NCBI GenBank assembly: GCA_030704615.1
Contig: CM060733.1
Location: 8,432,001-8,496,000, forward strand
From: Takakia lepidozioides
Taxonomy: Eukaryota; Plantae; Bryophyta
Reading direction: 5' to 3'
DNA length: 64,000 nucleotides
Shown: positions 12,930 to 24,200 of the stretch, piece by piece
Layout: every line of letters begins with the position of its first letter
How positions within the stretch are numbered: position 1 is the stretch's first letter
The notes under the pieces: model-generated
What the model saw: the letters and a program-made list of their open reading frames with translations, nothing else
Database searches by the model: none
What the model was told of the DNA's origin: nothing
Program-made: the position numbers and the translations under genes

Positions 12930-14538
12930 TTCACATTGGCTGAGATAGTGCCAACTATGCCATCGATGGCACCCGCTCGCCCAAGTGTGTCAGAGGTAGA
13001 GCCACGAGTGCCATTGGGAAGAGTTGGTATGGCTCGGGAAATGCCAGTGGGTAGTACTGCAAAGCAAGGTGCAACCAGTACATTGTTGGGGGCGGCTATG
13101 GCAATTTGCCAAGCTCCATTGTTTTCTGCCACAACAATTGCAATGCCGGGGATGCGGCCAGCTGCAGTGTTTAGACTGGTAGCTACACTTTGTGAGAGTG
13201 GTGATGCATCGGCACTATCTGCGGGGATAGCGGATCAGGTGTAGTGCATGGATGCCTTGGATTCAAGGGTGAAGACAGCCACAGCTGCGCCATGGCAAGC
13301 GGCAGCTGCAAGGTTATAGGAGTTGCTAACTAGACCAACCATTGAGCGTAGTATGGTGACTCCTGGGGTAGTCCTGATGGACAATCAGGATGGTGTGTTT
13401 CAGTTGGGTGGCCCAGCCGGGAGGAGGTATAGGCCACTGCGGGTCTTGTTGGACTCGGGAGCACAACCATTGATGTTGGGGAGAGCAGCAATTGCAGGCT
13501 TGGGCCTTACAAAGGCGGATTTGGAGCCTTGTCCTTTCCAAATTCAAACATCTTTGGGCAGTTCAGAGAAGGCACGAGGGATTATACGCCATGAGCTCTT
13601 CATTTGATTGCAGCCAGATCATCCTATAGATGGCTCTGTCATGAGAGCTAAAGCCATTGTTACGGATGCGATGTCTTATAATGTGCTTGTTGGTGGGGCT
13701 GTGTTATACATGATGGGCTTTACTTTGGACTCTTCGGAGGAAATGACATCCTACAGGCCGGAATGGCAGTCAGGGGATGGTCGACGTGCACTGCTCCCAG
13801 TGCGGTTTATTGGGAACGTAGCGGTGGATCATAGGAACATGATGCCCATATTGGCTGCATTCTCAGGGGTGGTGGCTTGGGGTGGTGAGCTCTTGGAGGG
13901 CAATAGCCATGCAGATGATAGACCACCACCTGATGAGGACAAACAATTGGCATACAAGGCTGATTTGCTTCCTCATGTGCATGTTCATATTCCACTTTGG
14001 GGTATAGTTGGGAATTTGCATCGAGTAGCAGGCGAGTGTGTGCACCAAGCATGGCAGGAGGCCTATCCATTGGTGACTGAGAGGAGTTCAGTGACATCAC
14101 CCGGACCTCCTCAGTTAGCTCCTTTGGACACAATGCCCATTATCTGGCAACCACTTGACTCAGGGATTTGTTTGCTAGACATGTTTGGAGGCATGAGCAC
14201 TGGGCTTGCAGGAGTGTTGCAAAAAAAGGATTAAAGTACGCAAGTATTTGTATGTGGAGGATGATGAGATAGCTCGGCGTATTTCTATGCGCCACAACAC
14301 CTTGCTCACACGCCGGTATCCTGAGTTGTTGCATCTCTCAGCAATTCAAGGGTATCAAAAGGCTTTGCTAGCAGACATTACCTTGCTGGGGGCGGATGAT
14401 TTGGACCGGCATGGTGCCGCGACCATGTTGGTATGTGACAAATGCTCAAGGGGGTGGTACATGGGATGCTTGATACCGCCACTTGAGGAGGTTCCTAGTG
14501 GAGAATGGTTGTGTCCACGATGCCTTGGACAGAGGTAG
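12930..14538 (+). pseudogene. Retrotransposon pol remnant: aspartic protease, C5-cytosine methyltransferase N-terminal motifs, PHD finger
   Basis: Protease RVLLDSGAQPLMLG (about 13440-13480). MTase motif I-like CLLDMFGGMSTGL (about 14168-14207). After a frameshift in the A-run, motif II-like KYLYVEDDEIARR and ADITLLG. PHD half MLVCDKCSRGWYMGCLIPPLEEVPSGEWLCPRC (about 14425-14523). Confidence 0.75.
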
Positions 14539-14795
14539 TGGGACATGACAGTGGCAAGGTTGACTAGTGATCCAAGGTCTAGCTAACGGGAGCTCAATGC
14601 CATGGACACCCAATTGAAGCCATGGATTGTAGGAAGGCGGGTAATGATAGAACTACTTTTGCACCCGGCCTCTTGATCTATTGACTTCAGATACTGGGAC
14701 TTGTGCGATTGAAGACCAAGCAGTGATCTTATTAGGGTGGATATTTGTCAGCTATCTGATGTTAGAGGGACCTAATCACCAGCTAGGGGGGCGAT

Positions 14796-15334
14796 TGTGG
14801 CATAGCTTTCTAGGATTGTATGCTTAGGATGTGTGATGGACAACGATGTATGTTGTTGCACGATGCTTAGGTGCATGACAGCTGTCATGGTTTTAGTCAT
14901 GGTTAACTAGAATTACCTACTTCTAGTTAACTAGGACATTTTGGATATTTATATGTGCATTTTGTGTGTTGGGACTTCATTTGGTCTCATATGCCAAGTG
15001 AGGTGTCAAGCCTCACTTGGGACATGGGGATGGGTTTTCCCCTTGTGAGGGTTGAGGAGGGCTCATCTTCTTGTAGTTGAGCCTCCATGAGCCTCTCCCA
15101 CCTCCATAGCTCTAGGTATTGAGAGGGAGTGTGGTGAGGGCTTTGTAGGGTGGATTCCTTTAGCAAAGGTGCCATTGGCTTGACTTAGTTTATGTGATTG
15201 AGTGGATTCATGAGTGGAGTGTTTTCATTATATTCACTTCCATTATCATTGTAGCATAGCTTTCTAGGATTGTATGCTTAGGATGTGTGATGGACAGCGA
15301 TGTATGTTGCTGCACGATGCTTAGGTGCATGACA
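14796..15334 (+). repeat. Right-end repeat block B1-A2-B2
   Basis: B1 14796-14880, then GC, then A2 14883-15248, then T, then B2 15250-15334. A perfect palindrome CATGACAGCTGTCATG (14874-14889) spans the B1/A2 junction. Confidence 0.92.
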
Positions 15335-16139
15335 CATATCCTCCGAATTCTTGGGGAATATACAGAATATGCAATTTGTGCTCGTGTGAGCCTACTCACA
15401 CGCTACCCAACCTCATTTTGCTTGGCCACAAGATCGGACACGGCCTCTCCTAGTAGCATTGTTCGAGCCAACTTGCATCCATTGCATTCTCTTGGACATT
15501 GTTCACTGAAGTCATCCTTAATAATGAGGAGCAATACTCAGTGTTAATATAATACCTAGTAAGTTCTTAGAAAAGAATTCTTGTGCTTGTACAAGGCCGC
15601 TGCTTCAAATCTTTTCAGAACTCTAAGTTTAGTGCCTTTTGGATGGATTAGTATTGGGATCTGTGGGGTGAACTTGGGAAATTGGACCCATTCTAAGTCC
15701 CTGTGGTGACCCATCTGCCCATTTCCATTTAAGAAAACCCTTGGAACCGAGAAAAATAAGACCTAATACCCAGAGCCGGTGAGTATGAAAATAAAAAATA
15801 AAAAATAAAAAATCACAGGGTGGTATCCCCACTGTAAGCCTTCACGGCCCTTGGGTGGTTATTTTTTTCACTTCTCTTAATACATTATCCAAGGCCTTTG
15901 TCCCCTGTTCTGCAAAACAAAACAAAACAAAAGTGGTCGGGTATTCCCCTTAAAAAATAGAGGAAATAGAAGAGACCCAACTCCTAACATCTGGAACCTG
16001 CAGTTATAAGAAATATAAAACTAGTGTACATGTTACCTGGACCCACCCGGTAAATGTTTTTAGCACCCATTGTTGACTTCAAATCTTGTCTTGTCACCGG
16101 CTGCGCCGATACGTGAATTTCAGGTCTCCATGATTTCAA

Positions 16140-17100
16140 ACTTTAAAAAAAATTAAAGGAAAGAGGGGACGGAGGCCCTGTTACTAAAATTAAAGAAGCG
16201 AGGAAAAAATAACCTCGACAGGGCCATAAGGCAATACAAACGTAGGGAGCCTCCCAGAGCAGCCACAATCGGCAGCCAGAAACGCAGCTAGTTCACCGAG
16301 TAAACTGCATAGCAAAGAACCAGAGTCCAAAAAGTCCAAGGCCTAAACATGTAGAGGCTACCAAGAGCATCTACACTTAACAGACCAAGCGTTGATAAAC
16401 CCAGCCAAGCACTATTTCTTCCTACGCAAGGGCTCAAAATTAAGATGAGCCTTGATTTTGGAATTCATATTATTGCGGTGCTTCCAATTATTGTCTTCGT
16501 CCTTGTCGAGAGGGGAGGGCCAGGAAGAAGGCAAGTCAGCAACAATGGGAGAAGGGAGGCTTGAAGAAGCATGAATCCCCTATCGTCCGACAGATGATGT
16601 CCCTTGAAGCCCACGAGGACTCGAAAACCTAAAGAAGCTGGAGTCGTTTCTCCTAAGAACATCTGCATAGAGCTGAACCCAAAACACCCCAAGCCTTTTT
16701 CTACCTTCTATTAACAAGTCAAAGGAAATTTTGCACAGAACAAAGGAAACAGAAGGGTATGTTGCATCATACCAGTTAGCACATGACCTACACTTTCGGA
16801 TGGGCCAGAGGGTGAGAGCTCTAGGACTTGTCCAAACCTAGCAATTCTTCCAAATTTTCATTGAGATTCAGCAAGTGCAAAGCCTTGTTGGCATGGTTGA
16901 CCGGATACCAGAAAGAGTAGAAAGTACGAATCTTAGACAAAATCAGGGAGACAAAGATACAATCCAAGAGACAAGGTTCAATTGTCTCAGCACAGCCCCA
17001 TTTGCACATCATGCTGAAGGAGGATTAGTTTTGAAAGCACCGACTGGGAGAATCCTGTGCATAAAGCTTCTAGAAGCCAACGAAGAGAGGGGAACCAATC
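16140..17100 (-). mobile_element. L1-type LINE 3' fragment (degenerate zf-RVT and 3' UTR)
   Basis: CKWGCAETIEPCLLDC resembles the C-terminal LINE zinc motif. The 3' end resembles the LINE end at about 32800-32870. Confidence 0.5.
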
Positions 17101-17144
17101 TGGAGAAGAGACGGGGAAGATAGAGAAATGAAGGACCTGAGAAG

Positions 17145-20100
17145 GTGGGTCTAATCCAGCAACGTCCCGCCGCCTCCTCTCGTCCTTCATGGCCGGTTTC
17201 GATGCACGATTCATCTGTGCCCTCATGTCTCGATGCAGTAACTGCAGATCCTTCGAATTCTCCAGACTCTCCTTCACAAAACCCGGATGCTGATCAGCTT
17301 TTAACAGGGTACCTCAATGACACTGCATCTCTTCAGCTTTTTATGAGCAAGGATCACCCAATTGTAGACATTGAGCTCGACGTAATTGAGTCGCATGTAG
17401 CACATATCCAAAGCAAGGGAGTTCTCCTTCATTTTCCTCGGTCCTACTGGAATCAGAGGAAGCGGTAACAAGGCCTTGCAATTAAGCCTCATTTGCATGG
17501 ATTCAACGTGAACATCTTCCGGTGGTCCAACAGTATGGGAAACATGAATGGTAAGATCTGGAGCCCTCGGATCATCTCCCTTCCATATATTCCGGATCAA
17601 TACTTGTTTTGCCTTCCACAGATTGGGAATTTCTTTGGGTCATTTTTGGGATGTTTGGGGGTTTTTGACCCCAACATGAGCACAGAGGTGCTGAGGGAGG
17701 ACCCGCCCTGGAAGGGGGCAACGATTGCATCTTGGGCCAATGAGGATGGTTTTGCCAAAATTGTAGTTATGATGCTAGCTAACAAGGTCCTGTCTGAATT
17801 TATAAAACTGCCAATTGACAGACAGGGGAACTTTTTCTCAGTAAAAGTTTCAGAGGACACGACATCTTCAGCTTGTTATTATTGTGGGTTTTCTGGGCAC
17901 CTCAAGGCGGATTGTCTAGAGGCCAGAAGGAAAAGACTAAACATTAACCAGTCAAAGCAAAGGCACTCAAACCTTATTCAAAACTCAGTTCCTACTCCAG
18001 TAACCTACCAAAAAGTTATTTTCAACGGCTCTCTCCCCCAACGCAACACCCCTCTGCAGCCAGCCCAAAGTTCAAAACTCCATGCTTGGGATGCCGCTGC
18101 TGAACAGGTCTCGAGCTCCCCACCGCTCAAAAGGAGGAAAGAATCGACAAACCCCATGATCCATGAAGCTAACTATGGGTCTTCTATCAAGCTTCTAGTC
18201 ACCAATGGGATTATAAAGGGGAAAAACAAGGCGGCAGGCACCCTAGGAGAGATAGGCCCTACTCCCTTCAGTTCTCTAGTGGCACAACCTCCACCACCAA
18301 CCCCTCTGCCAATCCCTCAGATTATCAGCTGGGAAATGGAAGCAGTGAAGTCCAAAGGAAAGGTAAACAACAACATCTTGAAGAGGCAGCCGAGTGAACA
18401 AGCTTCCAAACCAATCCCTCGGCCTTCTCCAATAGTGCATAATCCTATCATCGCAGCAATTTGTGCTAAGTTGCATTCCTTCCCCAGGCTGGCACTCAAG
18501 GACTGCTCACAGCTCACCCCCAGAAGAGATCCGGTGGCAACATGCCTCACCCCAATGATCTTTTGTAGGAAGCCAAACCCGGCTTTCTTGGTCACTTCAC
18601 GAGACAACATGAACTTCGACTCAATATGGATCTCCATGCAGGATGTGCAATCCTTCCTGGCCAAAAGTCCCATGGACAACAACCCAATCCCTACTTTATG
18701 CAGCAAGATTCAAACCTACCTTCACTTTAACCTTAGCCTCCCCCTCTACTCTCTTCTCTCGCATTCTCAGGTGTCTTGGGGTTCATACACTAAGGCTTTC
18801 CCGGGATTGCGCCAAGATCTCACCCCCAACACAAACTTTTTAGCTCTCATGGACCAAGCACTGCTGCTAAACAATGATGCCTCGCTTCCAGGTGTGTGGG
18901 CTGACCCCCACCACTTTGACGATCCTTGCACCCCAAGCAAAGCATTATCAAGAACAAGAGACGGCATCAACAATGCCTTCACTATGCTGCATGCAATTCT
19001 TGAAACGGAGATGGACCAGCAAAATGAAGAAATTGAACGGGAACGTGACATGGCAGTCCTCAGCAAACCATCCTACGACCCAATCGGTTCACTTTCATCT
19101 TCTAGCTCCTCAGACCTGCAGCTCTCTCAGCTCCTCACTCAACATGCGCCGTCTTCCTCCTAGATGCCAGTGGAGCCCTTCCTTCATCCTCTATCAATGC
19201 AGTCCCCGCTTCCCACTCCGACTCCTGCACCAATTCCTTCCCCCACAATTCCTGTAAGTCCTCTCCCTCCCCCACAATCTATTCCTATTCTTATTTTCTC
19301 GGTTGTTCCCAGCTCTATCCATAACTGCAAAATCCTATGCCTTACCATTGACCCTTCCTTTATGCCCTACGTTGCCAAAGGGTGGAAAATCCTCCCTTCC
19401 ATTTCTTACCGGCCCCCCTTGCAAGCTCATCTTGCCAGCATCCTTGGTCCAGCCAACATCCCTCTGAGCACCCCAGTATCGATTCAAACTTCCCTTCAAA
19501 ACGCAAAAAGATTCATACCATTGGACTCAATGGGAGTCCCTCACCTGACACCTTCGGGCACACCAGTCATGTTCATCCACTTGAAAGATCCAATCTAGGA
19601 TACGCCTCTCAAACACCACTGGTCCCCCTCCCTCATACCCTCAGACAAAGGCACTAGATTCAGATACCTCTTCACTAGGCCATCAATTGAGACTGATCCC
19701 CTCTGCCTGTCACCCTCCCTCGATGCAGGTTAGCCTCTCATCGTGGAACATTAGGGGCCTCAGCTCTGATCAGATGGCACTTAAAAAAATTAAGCTCTCC
19801 GCCTGGCTGGCCCCACTCATCCCCTCCCATTCCATCGTTTTCCTTCAACAACACAAGCTTTGCGATAGAAAAATAGAAAGTCTCACCAATCAGCTGTGGC
19901 CCAAGTCTTCCGCTCTCTGGAAGCCCTCTCACGAAGGATCCAGAGGTGGGACAGCCATCCTCCTCTTCCTCTTTCTTTTTCAATTCCTTCTTAAGGATGA
20001 GGTATGGGAATATGGGAAAGTCCAATTCTGCTCTCTCCAGTTTCCTGGTGACCCCGACCCTATTGGTTTCAAAAATGTCTATGCTCCTAACGATGCCATG

Positions 20101-20365
20101 GAAAGATCGGTCCTTTGGGCCAGAATATGCCAACTCATGACCCAGCACCGAAACATCAGTAGGTGGGTTCTCGCGGGGGACTTCAACATGGTAGAACAAG
20201 ATTCAGATAGGTTGGGTAGAGGTTCTCATCACCTCTGCCCCCATCGAAGAGCAGGCCTGGTATTGCCTCACGCAGACCCACAGCCTCGCAGAAATTGACC
20301 GTCCCTCCCTCGATCCCACAGGCACCAGTCCCTGCTTCACCTGGACCAACAACAAGGGGGGTTTG
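17145..20365 (+). mobile_element. L1-clade LINE 5' part: ORF1 (CCHC knuckle) and ORF2 endonuclease, 3'-truncated
   Basis: ORF1 17493-19163 contains CYYCGFSGHLKADC. ORF2 from about 19723 contains SWNIRGL, FLQQHK, NVYAPND and GDFNM. Confidence 0.9.
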
Positions 20366-20649
20366 CTACACCGTGAGCCTGGAGGCGTGAGCTTGTGAGC
20401 CCAGGAGCCCATGAGCCCAGCACAGGTTCACACCACGTCAGCATGCCGGAGCAAACATGCAGGGCCTATTACCGCATGTGGCACCTATTACCGCGGGTTG
20501 ATCAGCCCTTTCCAGGCAATGCAGACTGGATGTGTTACATCCATTGTATCCATCCTTTCTATCCATTGCATCCATTCAGATGTTATTAACATACCAAGCC
20601 CTTGCATGGGAATGTGGCTACGTCGTGAGCACAGCTTGTCGGCACCCAT

Positions 20650-21075
20650 TCTTGGCATGTGAAGATGCTTCGTGAGGCAGACAGACTGGAAGAGGCTCTT
20701 CTGATTTTGCACCAAGGAGACATTGCAGCATATCCACATACGTATGTTTGTCTTTTGCTTTAGTATTAGGATAAAAGGCCCGGAAAGCAGGTGCACACTC
20801 ACATCATCCAAAGCAGATCCATGCAAAATGTTTTCTTACTCACAACCCTTGCGAACATGTATGGTATGTGTGGGAGCATCATGGATGCTCACCATGTGTT
20901 CAGAAGAATGCCTGAATGATCTTTGATCACGTGGACTTTAACGTGATGGATTTACCAAGCATTGTTCTGACAGGAATGGTTTGGAGACAACGAGCAAATG
21001 ATGCGAGAATGCACTGCCCAAACCCATCACGTTTGTTTATTTTTGCAATGCACACAAGTCTGTGAGCTCCGGAAA
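20650..21075 (+). pseudogene. PPR N-terminal fragment
   Basis: Nucleotide similarity to 1355-1780 (GGCATGTGAAGATGCTT; GGAAAGCAGGTGCACACTCACAT; CATGTATG). Confidence 0.8.
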
Positions 21076-21249
21076 ACACTAAAGAGATTGAAGGAACAAT
21101 CCCGGCAGTCCATGCAACCCCCCTCTCCAACAATGGTTTGTTCCCAGGAATTCGCATCCCACGCACACATTGCAAACATGACAACAAGGACACGCAACCA
21201 TCCCATTTCAAAATTGGCCCCAAATAAAAGTAAAAGAAAACTTGATATC

Positions 21250-24200
21250 AAGTTTCACAGTCATCAGAATCACAATCGACCTCATGTGCTATGTCATCCA
21301 CAAAGATTCTGGCCCCAACACCACGTCTTCTACCACGGCCGTCGATGGTTGGACTGCGAGTGCCTCCGCATAGACGGGCAGCATGTAAGACTGATGAGGA
21401 CTTGAAAGAAGTCCAAAAAGGTGGATAGTCTGGAGGGTCAGTGAAGCACACAGACTCCGGCACAAGTCGAGAAAAACCCATTTTGAATACAATGATGCAA
21501 TGCACATGTCCAACGAAGATGATGTCTCCCATGTGCACTTTGCCTTAAGAACAATGATTCTGGGTATTGAAACAACAATGCAAGCATCCACAGGTTGAAC
21601 TTACTCACAGGCAAAGTCGGAGTCCAGCTCCTGTATCAATAACACCGGGAAGGGGCTTTGGAAGGACTTGAGAAGTTTGTCCACCCAAACCCATCAGGAG
21701 GTTCTTGTGAATTTCGGCATCCCCTTCAATCCCAAAGAGATGTCGCGCACTGGCCTTGCAAGCGGCGTGGTACGAAGCACCTGCAATGGAATAGAAGGAA
21801 GGAAACAAACATTGAAGTCTCTTTTGGAATGGTGGGAAGTACTGAAAGTGCAAGCTCAAACAAACCCAATCAAATGTGAAGGATGAAGAGACGAACCTGT
21901 GCCCATTGACAAATCCAAAACTCTGGCGTCAGTGCAGTTGCAGCACCCCACAATCGTTTGAATGAAAGCCGGGCTCCTCTCCCTGGCCCCTCTCCAAGGA
22001 ACCCCAGTCCCCCTTTGCAAGCACACGCTGCTGTTCACGTAGTTGTGGTGCATGTCATCCGTGGGAGGATCTGTCCTCTCGTCTATGAACTTGCCCCCAT
22101 GAGTGATGGTGAACTCCCTATGACGGCTGGAGTCGTAGGTGGATGCACTCGGACGAGACAAACAGTTTCAAACAGACGAGTCTGCGAACATGACATCCAC
22201 AAGGAACTAAGAAGCTTGAAAACCAGGCCCCTCCATATTCATTTGAGCAACTTATGCAACTCCATCTGAGAACCACCAAGAAGAGGAATAAGAAGGCAGA
22301 TTTACCATCTCTCCCGGACGATCCCCCTTCGTCAGGTACATGTTGTTCACACAATTTCACGACCCTCATATCCGAGGCTTTCAAATAGCTAGCAAGTGCA
22401 CGGCGACAGCAAAGGTCGATGGACTAGATGAGCACCAAACACCTGCATCGGACAGAAAGAAATTGCAAAAGGAGAAAACCCACCGCTAGTAGCACTCATC
22501 AAAAGCATTCCAACCTGGACAAGCACCCGCTGGAGGGACATCCGGGACTGGCAACCCATCAAGGATGTCCAAGATGATGAGTTTGGCTGCATATGGCTTC
22601 TCATTCCCATTCACCCAGGATTTGGTCATTTTTTCCTGCAAACAAGCATGCAAGCAAATGCTCAAGAGGATTGAAACAACATTCAAACAACACACAAGAA
22701 GCAAAAGACAACACGCACCGTGCCAAGGAACTCCACAATCCTCTCCCACACTGGTGATGGATCGTCCTTGTAATCAGATTTCTTGGACTCTATCATGGCA
22801 AGGAACCCGACGTTGGCCATCTCCAACCTGGTAGGGCGAATGACCCTCGTGGGATGCTCCACTGCATGGTACGGGTCCTCAGCATCAACCACCCCCTTCT
22901 TCTTTCTCCCGGATCCCCTACCATGCGGTGGAGTCTCTTTGGTCGGCTGGACATCCGCCGCAGGGCCAGTTTCTGCAACACTTCCCTGCCCACCTACCTG
23001 CCCCTGCGCTCCATTCCCCTTACCCCTTTCTTTCCCCCCACCAATAGTAGCATCCTTTCCCTTTCCCTTTCTACCTTTACCCGGGGTATCTTGAGCGGGA
23101 GGCTCCTTCTCTGCAAGTGTCCTCAAATTTCTATCATGAATCTTGAGGTCTGAAGCTGCGGCGGTGGCTGCAACACGCTCATTCTCTCTCCTCAAAGACA
23201 CCTCCTGCGTTGGGGTCTCATAAACAGGGCAATCCAAATACCAACCACAGCTAGAAAGATGGTCTGGGCCCCAGTCCTGCAAGATCCTTGTAGTAAACAT
23301 GGTCTGGTTGCCAGCAGGAACAAGCCACAGGTCTACGAAATCAGGATGTTTGTCCAAGCAGTTCTCTGCCATGATAACATACTTTATGTACCTGCAGGCA
23401 TAGAGACAACCCCATTATGCAATGCAACTATTGTCTCCTAGCTTTTCTACCACGTCATGAAGACCCCCAAAAAGAGTATGCGGCACCGCACACTGTAACC
23501 ACCGCACACAAAATAGCCTGAAGGGCCCAGGGTGTGCATGTTGGTGTTACTACACACAGACAGAACAAAATAGTGTGCGGCACCGCACACTCATATAAGC
23601 CCACACAAATCAGGTTGGATGGAGGAGAGTGTGTCTTTATAAAACAAAGAAGCATAGGCCATTTCGCACCTGTAAAGACATCGTTTTCAGGCTTCCTCTG
23701 CTTTCTCTTGCTGGTCAAGCTCATATGTTCGACTGATCCCACCCTCCTTGTTTAACTCCCTGAAGAAACAAGATTGCCACACTATGGCTCTCCATTTCCG
23801 CATGTATGCTTGGAAGGTGACCTTCGGTGTTGTCATGGTGATGCCATAGTCAGCCAGCTGCGTATGTAGAACAGACTAGGCCCTTTTATCCAACTGCAAA
23901 ACAATTCCAATGCAAGAATGAACTAGAAAACAATTACAACCAATGGCACATGAAAAGAGAATGACAGAAAAGCGAAAAGAAAGTGACACATCAAATGACA
24001 TCATATCTGGCTCCGGTAAGTGGTCTTGTGAAGCCATGTGTCCATCATATTGTTACTGCCTGGAATGACACGTTGGGTTTTCTTCTCTTTCTCCGGCCTA
24101 GGGAACATGTGGGTGTCCCTAACAGTGGGATCGGAGTTCCATATTTGCAGCCACTTCACCTTCTGTTCTGAAGACACAACAGTGGTAGACAACCTGTGCA

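Larger units (their letters stand above)
4673..15334 (+). mobile_element. Ty3/gypsy-like LTR retrotransposon derivative (protease, DNMT fragment, PHD) with split repeats A...B-A-B, containing nested insertions
   Basis: Starts TGTCATG (4673) and ends CATGACA (15334), flanked by CATA on both sides (4669-4672 and 15335-15338). Repeat A is at 4673-5035 and 14883-15248, repeat B at 14796-14880 and 15250-15334. A purine-rich tract AGCTAGGGGGGCGAT precedes 14796. Confidence 0.8.

Noticed and set aside
4673-15334. Ngaro/PAT tyrosine-recombinase element
   Set aside because: Aspartic protease, PPT, TG..CA ends and a 4-bp TSD are present and no recombinase motif is seen. It is not fully excluded because the pol core is deleted.
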